Below, piece by piece: positions 49,201 through 58,024 of a stretch of DNA of 64,000 nucleotides; position 1 is the first letter of the stretch, and every line of letters starts with the position of its first letter. This DNA is from Candidatus Rifleibacteriota bacterium (GTDB lineage: Bacteria > Muiribacteriota > Ozemobacteria > Ozemobacterales > Ozemobacteraceae): positions 1 to 64,000 of the forward strand of contig JAAYVD010000110.1 in the NCBI GenBank assembly GCA_012517355.1, given 5' to 3'. The notes beneath the pieces were generated by a model, which ran no database searches, was not told the origin of the DNA, and saw only the letters and a program-made list of their open reading frames with translations. The translations under genes were made by a program, and so were the position numbers.

Positions 49201-52200
49201 AGCAGGTTGCCGAACAGGAGGCAGGCGGTGATCAGCAGGGCGGGGGCCGCGATGGCGGGGAAGGAGAGCAGGAAGGCGGGCAGCGAGAAGGCGAAGAGGG
49301 GGAACAGCCGGGCCGGGTCGAAGAACTGCGGCTGGTCGCGGCGGTCGGGGCCGGACCACCACCAGGTTCCGACGTAATAGGCGGAGAAGCCGGCGAACAG
49401 CAGGACGAAGGTCAGCACCCGATCCTCCTGGAAGCGGAGGCCGGTGAACAGCCACAGCAGGGCGAACGTGGCGAAGGCGGCGGGCAGGTGCGTCCCCGAC
49501 CGGGCGGCCTCTTGGCGATGCGCGAAACTCTCGTTTCGCGCCGCCATCCGTGGCGACAAAGGGGTATGGCCGACTTCGTGCCGGTCGGGTGAAGCGTCGG
49601 GCGGGTCGAGGAAGACGGGGACGGTCGTCAGGCCGCACAGAAAGAGCTGGAGGGCGAACAGGGTGCCCGGGAAGCCCGCGCTGCCGGGGACGGTGCAGAG
49701 AAAGCCGACGAGGGACATGGCCAGGAGCGGGAAGAAGCGGGCTGGCCAGAAGACGGGGAAGGCGCTGCGGGCGGTGGGCGGCGCGAGGAGGCCGATCCCG
49801 CCGAACCAGGCGGCGAAGGCGGCGACCACCAGGGCGAAGGAGCCGGCCATGCCTTCCCCGACATGCTGGAGGGCGAACAGCCAGAGGAGGGCGAGGGTGA
49901 AGACGGCGGCGGGCAGGTGGGCGCCGGGGCCGTCGGCGGCGGTCGGGGCGCGGAACAGGGGGAGGGCCGCCAGCAGGCACAAGAAGACCTGCAGGGCGAG
50001 GAGGGGGGCGACGGGGAGGTTTCCGGGGGCGAGGAGACAGAGATACCCGCCGTAGGACATGGCCAGCAGGGGGAAGAGCCAGGCGGGGGCGGACAAGGAG
50101 GACCGGGCGCGGGTTTCCGGGGGGGCGAAACACCAAGTTCCCAGATACCAGGTGGAGAACCCGCCGAACAGCCAGGCGAAGAGCGGCACGAGGTCCGCCT
50201 GGTGACGGGCCAGGACGGTGGCCCACAGCAGGAGGAAGGTGAGCCCCGAGCCGTAGCAGTGCGCGTCGCCGCGGTCCGGGCGCGCCGAGGGGAGGAACAG
50301 GGGCAGGGCGGCCAGCAGGCAGAGGAGGGCCTGCAGGGCGACGAGGGCGCCCGGGGCGGCGACCTCGGACGGGAAGACGGCGATGTAGCCGACGAACAGC
50401 ATCGCCCCCAGCGGGAAAAAGCGGGCGGGGTCGAAAACCCGTGCCAGGTCGCGGCGGGGTTGGGAGAGCAGCGCCCAGACGGCGCTGTGGTAGAGGGCGA
50501 ACCCGGCGATGGCCAGCAGGAAGGGCCGGACGGGGCCGCGCAGGACGAAGCCGGCCAGGCCGAAGGCCTCGGGGCCGGACCCGGTCTGGAGGGGGGTCCG
50601 GCTGAACGCCACGAGACTCAGGAAGGTGAGGACGGCGCCCGCCAGGTGCGCATCGGCCGGGCTTTCCCCGGCCGGGTCGGAACCGTCGTCCGACCCGGTG
50701 GCGGTCTGGGAGCCGAGAAAGAGCGGGAAGGAGCCGAGCAGGCAGAGCAGGAACTGGACGAGGAACACGGCGAAGGGGGAAGCGGCCGCCTCGGGCCAGG
50801 TGCAGAGCCAGGTGACGAACAGCATCGAGAGGGGCGGGTAGACCCGCGCCGGCACCGCCAGGGCGGCCGTCTCGTTCCCCCGCCGCCGGGCCACGTGGAC
50901 GGTCGCGGCGAAGAAGGCGGCGAACCAGAGGAGGGCGAAGGAACCGGTGGCGAGTTTCGTCCAGTCGAAGAATTTCGCGAACCAGGCCAGCTCGGTGAGG
51001 GCGGTGCCGACCGCTCCGAGCTGGACGAGGAATCCCCATTCCTTGCGCAGGGCGACGGCCAGCAGGCCGACGTTCAGGAAGGTGAGGTAGGTGAACAGTC
51101 CGAGGGGGTTGTCCTGGCCCGTCGAGACGATGGCGGGGGTCAGGAACCCGACCACCATGCCCAGGATGGCCACGAACCGCGAGTCGAGCGCGACCGACAG
51201 GACGAAAGCGGCGCCGGTCACCAGGCACATGCCGCCGAAGGCGGGCAGCGCGGGGAACACGTCGTAGACCCAGGCGGCGATGATGTCCGCGTAGAGGATG
51301 GAGACGCCGGCCGCGCAGAGGGTTTCGACGGTCGTGGCCAACCCTTTGGGCCGGAGCCACAGGCCGCCGGCGATCAGGGCCAGGCCGGCCAGGAAGCCCA
51401 GGGCCAGGCGCATCTCGAAGGGGATCAGGTTGTTCTCGATGGCGTGTTTGACGAACAGGGACATGCCGAGGAACGCGCCGAAGCCGGCCACCCAGGCGAA
51501 GAATTTCACCCCCAGGAACATCTCGAAATCGAGGGTGGGCCTGGCCTCGCGGCCGGCGGCCGGGGAAGGGGCCTCGCGGTCGGGCGGCGTGGCTTCGGCC
51601 ACGTGGTTGGGCGGCGTGATCGCGGCCTCGCGGTCGATCGGCGTGATCGCGGCCTCGCGGTCGATCGGCGTGATCGCGGCCTCGCGGTCGATCGGCGTGA
51701 TCGCTGCCTCGCGGTCGGAAGGAGTGATCGGGGTCTCGCGGTCGGGCGGCGTGGCTTCGGCCACGTGGTTGGGCGGCGTGATCGTGGTCTCCCGGTCGAT
51801 CGGCGTGATCGCTGCCTCGCGGTTGATAGGCGTAATCCTGGTCTCGCCGTCGACAGGCGTGCTTGCTGCCTCGCGGGAGGGAGGCGTGGGGGATGGGGGG
51901 GGCGGTTCGGGGATGTTCGGGGCATCATCGGTCGCGGCGGCGGGGGGGGAGGTTTCGCGTTGTCGCCAGGCGGGGTAGATCTGGCTGGGCAGTTCGCAGG
52001 CATCCGGGCCCGGAACGGGGAAAGTGGCAACGGGAGGGGTTTCCGGGGAGGCGGGAGAGGTGGATGCCGGGGAGAGGGCGGTCGGGGCATCGTTCGCGGG
52101 AAGGCCGGGCGGTGGGGCGGATGAGGGGGAAGAGGCTGCCAACGGCGTGGATGGGCCGGTGGTCGGAGGGACGACGGGGAGCGTGGGTTCCGTCGCGGTT

Positions 52201-52616
52201 TCGACGGTGGCCTGCGGGGCCAAGGGAACGACGGGGGTCGCGGTTTCCGGCGGGGTCGGGGGGGCAACTGGGGTGGGGGAAGCCGGGGAGGCGATCGCCC
52301 CCGTGGATTCGGCCTTGGCAGAGGCGCCAGGCAGGGCAACGATTTCCGGCGAGGCGGAGAGGGAATGGGCCGGCTTTCCCTCCGGCGGAGCCGATTTCCT
52401 TTCGCGCAACTCGCGGCGGACCTCGGTGACCAGTCCGTCGAGGCGGTCGGCGTGGTTTTCCACGCCTTTGAGGCGCTTCTGGACCTTCTTCAGTTCCTCG
52501 GTGACGTGGCCGAGGGTCTTCTGCAGGCGCGCATACTCCTCTTCGGTCGGTCCGGAGGGTTGCTTGGCCTTCCAGACGACCACGGCGCCCAAGATCAGGA
52601 AGAGGAGGAACTCCAT
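46296..52616 (-). CDS. giant polytopic membrane protein, DUF2339-like, with internal module duplications
   Basis: ATG at 52614-52616 preceded by GGGAGGG (a TTG at 52631 is the alternative). N-terminal TM helix plus coiled-coil, a Pro-rich region with (ITPIDREAA)n repeats, then more than 40 predicted TM segments in repeated roughly 180-aa modules. Confidence 0.75.
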   Translation of the reverse strand: MEFLLFLILGAVVVWKAKQPSGPTEEEYARLQKTLGHVTEELKKVQKRLKGVENHADRLDGLVTEVRRELRERKSAPPEGKPAHSLSASPEIVALPGASAKAESTGAIASPASPTPVAPPTPPETATPVVPLAPQATVETATEPTLPVVPPTTGPSTPLAASSPSSAPPPGLPANDAPTALSPASTSPASPETPPVATFPVPGPDACELPSQIYPAWRQRETSPPAAATDDAPNIPEPPPPSPTPPSREAASTPVDGETRITPINREAAITPIDRETTITPPNHVAEATPPDRETPITPSDREAAITPIDREAAITPIDREAAITPIDREAAITPPNHVAEATPPDREAPSPAAGREARPTLDFEMFLGVKFFAWVAGFGAFLGMSLFVKHAIENNLIPFEMRLALGFLAGLALIAGGLWLRPKGLATTVETLCAAGVSILYADIIAAWVYDVFPALPAFGGMCLVTGAAFVLSVALDSRFVAILGMVVGFLTPAIVSTGQDNPLGLFTYLTFLNVGLLAVALRKEWGFLVQLGAVGTALTELAWFAKFFDWTKLATGSFALLWFAAFFAATVHVARRRGNETAALAVPARVYPPLSMLFVTWLCTWPEAAASPFAVFLVQFLLCLLGSFPLFLGSQTATGSDDGSDPAGESPADAHLAGAVLTFLSLVAFSRTPLQTGSGPEAFGLAGFVLRGPVRPFLLAIAGFALYHSAVWALLSQPRRDLARVFDPARFFPLGAMLFVGYIAVFPSEVAAPGALVALQALLCLLAALPLFLPSARPDRGDAHCYGSGLTFLLLWATVLARHQADLVPLFAWLFGGFSTWYLGTWCFAPPETRARSSLSAPAWLFPLLAMSYGGYLCLLAPGNLPVAPLLALQVFLCLLAALPLFRAPTAADGPGAHLPAAVFTLALLWLFALQHVGEGMAGSFALVVAAFAAWFGGIGLLAPPTARSAFPVFWPARFFPLLAMSLVGFLCTVPGSAGFPGTLFALQLFLCGLTTVPVFLDPPDASPDRHEVGHTPLSPRMAARNESFAHRQEAARSGTHLPAAFATFALLWLFTGLRFQEDRVLTFVLLFAGFSAYYVGTWWWSGPDRRDQPQFFDPARLFPLFAFSLPAFLLSFPAIAAPALLITACLLFGNLLLLAVARLSRGSTTLLSAGGLVTFLLLWVWTNRYFTTANAWTGYALFLFWPFYFIGISHLPGWGERREVASPAARWAPLLSLPFVAWLYSFAEIGGKPVFAFALLLALETAIAWRAKSDREAETCHLAGSVVTFLINWYWMGKYAGTNLLMAGAVTIGIPLFFLGADHFLGRGKEPAPQLDFPPRAIPLLSLLFVGYSLYYAGNSPLQGFTLLLLLQGILAWQSLRDPGAAMTHAHGAFGGLALLWLWTLTWFSPDHPFWGFAAFLFFPAAFALAWAGVRRRGIPQVSFSLAARVMALGAMLFPGFLLVAFPAMGSSPVLVFTALFLLDLLLVWQTVAEDDARPFHFAGSVLVFLTLLHWTGTALAGHPDLLPAGLFFFLLFAAFHAALPLLLQHLRPRSEPYLLGYLFPPVIMLLVMIPVFSHAAVPFYVWPAVMLLNAIGVGIAWLAALAWMGITMLLLTIGALAIWVLRLTAAEIPFFLGVDAAFALAFYLWSLFADTWRDRPAPAATSDPRDAPTTETIPAETARPAVPALLDPSTALMLPALSGFLPFSLLLVVITRLPQPNPTPVFLLAAVFCGMLMHLVRTTRVDELLLVTFISAGIVEIAWFRFSFTPDAWFWATTWFAAFHALFLAFPFLGKTEFADRHWPWLIAAASGLLHATLLYHSLSLGLGSALIGLLPLAMATPYLAARPRLPARLRAGSPLADWIPEMFCGVGLFFVTIFFPLQFDREWLTIGWAIEGTTLLHLFRQVPAPPWRTLGTILLLVAFARLGLNPAIFAYHPREGLPILNWYLYAFGLVAACLLTASWLTRRPAADPEPPPEERDDLLFGLESLPLSRVFGTLGTVLAFFLVNIEIADAFGPAGTLTFAFAGSLASDMTFSLAWTVFGLVLLMIGIRLGSRTARLGSLVLLTVAIIKVFLYDLWQLGGLFRVASLIGLSLVLTLVSTLYQKYLSRKPPADPPPPEG
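49521..49588 (+). repeat. repeat family A copy inside the giant membrane-protein CDS, in frame
   Basis: CGCGAAACTCTCGTTTCGCGCCGCCATCCGTGGCGACAAAGGGGTATGGCCGACTTCGTGCCGGTCGG encodes ...PRMAARNESFAHR... within the minus-strand CDS without stops. Confidence 0.6.
51565..51880 (-). repeat. 27-bp tandem repeat inside a CDS (GATCGGCGTGATCGCGGCCTCGCGGTC, about 10 copies) encoding ITPIDREAA repeats
   Basis: Near-perfect 27-bp units, plus two copies of a longer flanking block. Confidence 0.8.
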
Positions 52617-52965
52617 CACCAACCCTCCCAATGTGGCCGACCTTCGTGGGCCGGCCCCCTCAAGGATACCTCACAGGCCCACTTCTGCCTAACGGTTCTG
52701 TCTCCCTGGAGATCCCCGGTCAGGGCGGCGGGGAGCCCGGAAGCGTCCCGGGTTTCTCCAGTCCTGATGCGGCCAGCCGTCCGGAGACCCCCGCGGGCCG
52801 GGAAGCCTGACCGGTCAGGGAGACGGTCGGGGGTGCCCGTCGGGCCGGCACGGAAGGGGCGCATACCGGAGGTGACCGGCCGCGGATCACCGCCGTGGGG
52901 CGCGGATCGGGTGACCGGCCTCCGGAAAGCGATCCAGGATCAGGGAATGGGTAAAGCCAGAAGAC

Positions 52966-53847
52966 CTATTCCGCGGGAAGGGAGGCGAGAGCCTCCCCGA
53001 CGCCGGCGGCGAGGGCTTCCGTCATCGCCTGTTTCCCGGCTTCCGAGCTGATGAAGGCCGCGTCCACGGGGTTGTTGAGGTAGATCATTTCGACGGTGAG
53101 GGTCGGCACCTCGCTCCAGATCGAACCGATGAGGGCGCCGCCGTTTTTGGCGCCGACGGCGGTCGAGCGGTCGGTCTTCAACCCGCCGTCCGGAAAGACG
53201 CCTGCCAGGCGGCGGGCCATCCCGCGGTGGAAAGCCTCGGCGGCCATCCGGCTGCGGGTGATCACGAACTGGGAGGGGCCGGTCCGGCCGGCGTTGGTTC
53301 CCTGCGCATCGGGGTAATAGATGACGAAGCCGCTCCGGCCGGGCGCGTAGTCGCAATGGAGGCGCACCACGAGGGCCGCGCGGGCCCGGTTGGCGAACTC
53401 GGCCCGCTCGCGGTTGGTCATCATCCGCATCTTCTCCGCCCGGTTGACCAGGACGTGGATCCGGGGGTCGGCGGCCAGCCGCGCGGCCAGGGCCTGTCCG
53501 ACCTCCCAGTTGACGTCCACCTCGCGCAGGCCGTTGGCGTTGGCGCCGCCGCTGATTTCGGAAGGGTGGCCGGGGTCGATGACCACGGTGTGGCGGGAGT
53601 CGCCGTCGGGCATCCCCGCCGGTCCGCCGGGTGTGCCGCCCGTGCCGGTTGCCGGGCCTGCAGCCGAGCCCGCAGCCGAGCCCGCAGCCGAGCCCGCAGC
53701 CGAGCCCGCAGCCGAGCCCGCAGCCGAGCCCGCAGCCGAGCCCGCAGCCGTGCCGGCTGGCTCCTTCCCAGCGCCCAGGACCAGGCTTCCCGTCCCGGCC
53801 AGAACGATCAGCATCACCACCAGAACCCATTCCCTGCCTGTCATCAT
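52966..53847 (-). CDS. N-acetylmuramoyl-L-alanine amidase (Amidase_3 family) with a (GSAA)7 linker
   Basis: Start MMTGREWVLVVMLIVLAG (ATG 53845-53847, AGGAGG ribosome-binding site). Catalytic region HTVVIDPGH...E...VRLHCDYA. Confidence 0.7.
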   Translation of the reverse strand: MMTGREWVLVVMLIVLAGTGSLVLGAGKEPAGTAAGSAAGSAAGSAAGSAAGSAAGSAAGSAAGPATGTGGTPGGPAGMPDGDSRHTVVIDPGHPSEISGGANANGLREVDVNWEVGQALAARLAADPRIHVLVNRAEKMRMMTNRERAEFANRARAALVVRLHCDYAPGRSGFVIYYPDAQGTNAGRTGPSQFVITRSRMAAEAFHRGMARRLAGVFPDGGLKTDRSTAVGAKNGGALIGSIWSEVPTLTVEMIYLNNPVDAAFISSEAGKQAMTEALAAGVGEALASLPAE

Positions 53848-53926
53848 GCGCGTTCCTCCTGTGTCGATCGATCTCGGCCATCCGTTCCCCGCGGTCGGTG
53901 GAGAGCCGGACGGCCCCTTTGCGGGG

Positions 53927-53994
53927 CGCGAAACGGGCGTTTCGCGCCGCCATCCGTGGCGGCCAAAAGGCCCTTCCGACATCCTGTCGGTCGG
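53927..53994 (+). repeat. repeat family A copy (canonical)
   Basis: CGCGAAACGGGCGTTTCGCG CCGCCATCCGTGGCGGC ... CCGACATCCTGTCGG: three consecutive hairpins. Confidence 0.6.
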
Positions 53995-54111
53995 ATGGGC
54001 TCGGGCCGGCTTGTCGGAATCCGAAAAAACACTGTAACATGGGCCGCCCGGGAAACTTATATCTGACGGAACGGGATGGATCGGATGTCCTCCCGTCACG
54101 AAGGAGGTCGT

Positions 54112-54870
54112 ATGAGGAAGCAGGCGAACCGGTCGTGGATCCTGGCTGTGCTGGTGCTCGGTCTGGGCCTTGTCGGCCCCGTCCTGGCGCAGGATGGCGA
54201 CATCCTCCCCTCGGACGTGGAGGACACCTCACCAGCCGCGGCCGGCCCGGTGAACCCCGTCACAGGGGGAGACTCCGGAGCGGGCGCCACCGCTGCCTCC
54301 TCCGACGACCAGGAGATCGCTGCCCCCGCGGGTGACCAGGGGACGGGCGCCCCGGCCTCCGGGCGGGCCGATGCGGCCCCGGCAGCTGACCGCCAGCCCC
54401 GCCATGCCGTCAAGAACCAGGTGTCGTTGTCGGCGGCCACCGGCACCGTCAAGAAGATCACCAAGACCATGATCGGCGAGCAGATCGGCCAGGTCGCCGC
54501 CTCCTTTCCCACCAAGTACAAGCGGAAGGGGTCGTTCCCCTATGCCAAGGGCACCCAGAACGGCAACCTCGGCTGCGCCAACGTCGTCTCCGCCGCCCTG
54601 CGGGCCGCCGGGATCCGGATCCCGATCATCCTGGGCGTCGACGGGGTCAAGAGCAAGCTGCAGCAGATGGGCTGGAAGGCCCGGCGGCCGCCTCCGTTCA
54701 AACCGGGCGACGTCATCGTCTGGGCCCGCCGCGGCAAGCACAAGCACATCGGGATCATCGCCCGCAAGGGCAACGCGCTGATGGCCATGAACAATTCCTC
54801 GTCGGGTCGCCGTCCCGACTGGAGTTCCCCGACCTACCGGGCGGTCGAGTGCGTCATGCGGTTGGAATAG
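54112..54870 (+). CDS. secreted protein with a C-terminal CHAP/NlpC-P60-like cysteine peptidase domain (putative cell-wall hydrolase)
   Basis: ATG at 54112 with an AAGGAGG ribosome-binding site. Signal peptide, low-complexity linker, then C-terminal GNLGCANVVSAAL...PGDVIVW...HIGII (Cys...His pattern). Confidence 0.55.
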   Translation: MRKQANRSWILAVLVLGLGLVGPVLAQDGDILPSDVEDTSPAAAGPVNPVTGGDSGAGATAASSDDQEIAAPAGDQGTGAPASGRADAAPAADRQPRHAVKNQVSLSAATGTVKKITKTMIGEQIGQVAASFPTKYKRKGSFPYAKGTQNGNLGCANVVSAALRAAGIRIPIILGVDGVKSKLQQMGWKARRPPPFKPGDVIVWARRGKHKHIGIIARKGNALMAMNNSSSGRRPDWSSPTYRAVECVMRLE

Positions 54871-54886
54871 GAGACGAGGCATTCCC

Positions 54887-55846
54887 ATGAACCCCCTTCG
54901 CGCATCGCTTCCCCTGCTGTTCGGAATGGCCCTGGCCCTGGCCGCCCCGTGCTTCGGCGCGGGGTTTTCCCTTCCCTACGGTGCCGGTGAGCACCAGGTC
55001 GGCTTCGTGAACGAAACGACCGCCCCCGACCAGGAACTGCTGAACCCCCTGGGACCACTGTCCTTCCGGGTCGTCGGCGGCACCTGCTGGGTCCTCGACA
55101 CCGTCAACGGCCGGCTGCACCACCTCGCGGCCGACGGCAAGCCGATGGCCACGATCGCCCTGCCGGCCCGCGAATCCGCCGACTGGCAGGATTTCGCCGT
55201 GACCGTCGCCGACGGCAGGCCGGCCGCCTTCTACGTGCTCGACGGAGCCGAGCAGCAGGTCCTGAGGTTGTCTGCGACCGGCGAGGTGCAGGGCACGTTC
55301 GGCGGGTTGGGCGAGGAGCCGGGGAAGTTCGTCCAGGTCTTCCGCATCGAGGTCGATGCGGCCGGGAACATGTACGTGGCCGATCGTGGCCGGCAGGTCG
55401 TGTCGGTGCTGTCGCCCGCCGGCAAGGTGCTTCGCGAGATCGACTGGGAGTGGTCGGGCTTCTGCCTCGACCCGTCCGGGAACCTCTGTTACCTGCGCTG
55501 GGACGAGGACGCCGGGGTCAACCACCTGGTGGTGGAAACCCTGGCCGGCAAGTCCGTGCGGTCGGTGCCGCTGGCCATCGGGCCGCATTTCAACCCTGAC
55601 CTCTGGCGGGTCGAGGCCAACGGCGAGACCGTCGTGTCCTTCAACCTGCCGGAGGGTGCGCCGAACCAGATGCGCATCGCCCGCTGCGGCGCCGACGGCA
55701 AGGTCATCGCGGGCTGCCCCCTGACCCCGCCGAAGGTGATGAACCGCTTCCTGGACTGGGACGGCGCCACCTGCTATCTCGGGGTGGCCGATTACGGCGA
55801 GGCCCCCAAGGGCACCTTCGCGGTCGAGCCGTTTCCCTGGAAGTAG
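54887..55846 (+). CDS. secreted NHL-repeat/beta-propeller protein
   Basis: Signal peptide, then repeated ...G.F..P.GI.VD..GN.YVAD-type blades. Confidence 0.6.
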   Translation: MNPLRASLPLLFGMALALAAPCFGAGFSLPYGAGEHQVGFVNETTAPDQELLNPLGPLSFRVVGGTCWVLDTVNGRLHHLAADGKPMATIALPARESADWQDFAVTVADGRPAAFYVLDGAEQQVLRLSATGEVQGTFGGLGEEPGKFVQVFRIEVDAAGNMYVADRGRQVVSVLSPAGKVLREIDWEWSGFCLDPSGNLCYLRWDEDAGVNHLVVETLAGKSVRSVPLAIGPHFNPDLWRVEANGETVVSFNLPEGAPNQMRIARCGADGKVIAGCPLTPPKVMNRFLDWDGATCYLGVADYGEAPKGTFAVEPFPWK

Positions 55847-55955
55847 CGGACCACCACGACGCGGCCGGGTTCCTGGCAGGGCCCCGGCCGCGTTTCGCGT
55901 TGCCGGGGGTCCCCGCCCGTCGTGGCCCATCCGGGGCGGCCGGCTCCCTGGCGAA

Positions 55956-56186
55956 GGGCGAAACCCGCGCTTGGCACGGCTCTCCGTGGCGGCAAGGGGT
56001 ATTTCCGACATCCTGTCGGTCGGTCCCTTGGCGGTTCGCGAAACTGGCGTTTCGCGCCGCCATCCGTGGCGGCATAGGGGCAGTTGCGACATCCTGTCGG
56101 TGGGCCCCCTGACGATTCGCGAAACCTGCACCTCGCGTCGTTCTTCGTGGCGGTGAGGGGGGTATTTGCGATCTCGTTGCGGTCGG
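55956..56186 (+). repeat. three tandem copies of repeat family A between convergent genes
   Basis: Copies at about 55956-56022, 56036-56104 and 56117-56186, each with the CGCGAAAC..GTTTCGCG / GCCGCCA..TGGCGGC / CCGACA..TGTCGG hairpin triplet (the outer copies are degenerate). Confidence 0.6.
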
Positions 56187-56187
56187 A

Positions 56188-58011
56188 TCAGAATTCTGAA
56201 TCGAACGCTGCCGGGGATGGATCGCCGGGAATGAGTCCCGTTGGCTGGTCGGCAGCGGGGTCGGGCGGGGGAAGGTGCTGGCCGGTGAGCCAGAGGCGGA
56301 GGGCCGGTTCCCCGTCGATCGTCACCAGGGGCTGATCGGCGAGGGGAACGCGGGAGACGGCCCGGGCCTGCAGAAGGCCCCGCCCCGCGGAGCGCCCCTC
56401 AAGCTGCCACTCGATGGCCTCCAGGCCGGTGTCGGGGTCGCGGGCGGCCGCCGGTGCCAGGCGGACCAGCAGGGTGCCGGAGGGCGTGGTGGTGCCCTTC
56501 TGCAGGGGCGTGGCGGTGGTGCAGCCCCCGTCTTGCCGGAAGGGGCCGAACGCCGATTCGAGGCGGAACCCGACGGGAACTGGCCGGGCGGCCTCGTCGA
56601 GGGCCTCGACCAGGGCGCGGGCGGCACGGCGGGCGGTGTTCTCGCCGGTCACGCGAAGTCCCGCGCCGGCGGGCTCGGCCTTTCCGCTCAGGCCCATGGC
56701 CCGGAACAGGTCGTTGGCCAGGCCGGCCACGCGGGTCACGTGGGCGGGTGCCGGGCGGGCGCCCAGGGGCAGGGCCAGCGGGGCGCGGTCGCCGGCGCGC
56801 AGGTCGCGCACCACGGGGACGGGCGCCACGACGAGGCGGCGGCCCTCCCCGAAGGTGGCGAGCCCCTTGGCGCTGGCCATGGCCCGGATCAGGTCGGCCG
56901 GGGCGGGCCGGGGGCCGAACAGGAACAGCGAGACGGTGCCGCTGGCCTGGTCGTCGCAGATAACCTCGAGGTCGTCTTCGGCGGCGAAGCGGTCGACGAG
57001 GGCGGGGAAGGAGGACTCCGATTGCACCAGGCGCAGGGGGTCCCCGTCGAGGGTTTCCGTCTCCGCTTCGGCGGGGGCGCCTTCGCCGGTCGGGTCGTCA
57101 TCGCCTGCCACCGCGGCGGGGGCCGCGGGCACGGGCAGGAAGGCCCGTCCCGGGGTCTCGATGGTGAGGCGCCAGGTCAAGGTCAGGGGCCGGCCGGCCA
57201 GCCACAGTTCGCGGGTGCCGTCGGCCCCGTCGCGGGCGGCCAGGGTCTCCTCGAGGGTGACCGTCGCGCCCTGCGGGTCGCGGAGGGTGAGCCGGAAGGG
57301 GGCCAGGGCGGTCTCGCCGTCGTCGTCCACCCGTGGGGTGGCGGCCGCGTCCCAGGCCCACGATCCGCTGGCGGCCGGGGTCCAGGACAGGCGGAAGGGG
57401 CGGTGGTTCATGGTCCGGACGGCGGCCGAGGCGAGAACCGTTCCCGCCCCGTCGGTGAGTCGGAACCGGCAGAGCGTGCTCCAGACCGGGGTGTCGATCG
57501 TCTCGACGGTCATCCGCATCAGGGAGACCTCGTCGGGAGGGCCGCCCAGGAACAGGGCTTCGCCGTCGGGGTCGGCCCAGGTGCGGAGCGCCCCGAAGGT
57601 CAGTCGGGGGAGGAGGGCGGCCAGGGCGGGGCGGGGAAGATGTTGCGGGGAAGGCCAGATGGTGCGGTTCCCCTGCCAGGCGGCGGCCCGGGCATCTGGC
57701 ACCAGGACGAACAGGTCGTGGTTCCCCAGGACGCGGAAGGAGCAGACGATGCCGAGTTCGTTCAAAAACTCCTGCCAGAACCAGGGTTCGGGGTCGAGCT
57801 CCCCTTCCGCCGACCGGGCCGAGGCCCAGGCGATCTTCGTATCCGGGAGGTCGGTGACGATGTTGAAGCCGCCGCGGCGGGCGATATCGGCGAGGGCGTG
57901 GTGGAGGCCGCGGCCGGTGTAGTCGAACTCCTGCCAGCGGGCGTGCGCCGGGGCGGCGAGGGTCAGGAGGGCGGCGAGGACGAGGGTGGCGAGCGGTGTC
58001 CGGCGGTTCAT
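56188..58011 (-). CDS. secreted hypothetical protein with STN/secretin-N-like domains
   Basis: Start MNRRTPLATLVLAALLTLAAPAHA (ATG 58009-58011, AGGAG ribosome-binding site). GFNIVTDLPDTKIAWAS and LEVICDDQASGTVSLFLFGP resemble secretin-N/STN folds. No secretin C-domain. Confidence 0.55.
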   Translation of the reverse strand: MNRRTPLATLVLAALLTLAAPAHARWQEFDYTGRGLHHALADIARRGGFNIVTDLPDTKIAWASARSAEGELDPEPWFWQEFLNELGIVCSFRVLGNHDLFVLVPDARAAAWQGNRTIWPSPQHLPRPALAALLPRLTFGALRTWADPDGEALFLGGPPDEVSLMRMTVETIDTPVWSTLCRFRLTDGAGTVLASAAVRTMNHRPFRLSWTPAASGSWAWDAAATPRVDDDGETALAPFRLTLRDPQGATVTLEETLAARDGADGTRELWLAGRPLTLTWRLTIETPGRAFLPVPAAPAAVAGDDDPTGEGAPAEAETETLDGDPLRLVQSESSFPALVDRFAAEDDLEVICDDQASGTVSLFLFGPRPAPADLIRAMASAKGLATFGEGRRLVVAPVPVVRDLRAGDRAPLALPLGARPAPAHVTRVAGLANDLFRAMGLSGKAEPAGAGLRVTGENTARRAARALVEALDEAARPVPVGFRLESAFGPFRQDGGCTTATPLQKGTTTPSGTLLVRLAPAAARDPDTGLEAIEWQLEGRSAGRGLLQARAVSRVPLADQPLVTIDGEPALRLWLTGQHLPPPDPAADQPTGLIPGDPSPAAFDSEF

Positions 58012-58024
58012 GCGGGGTCTCCTG

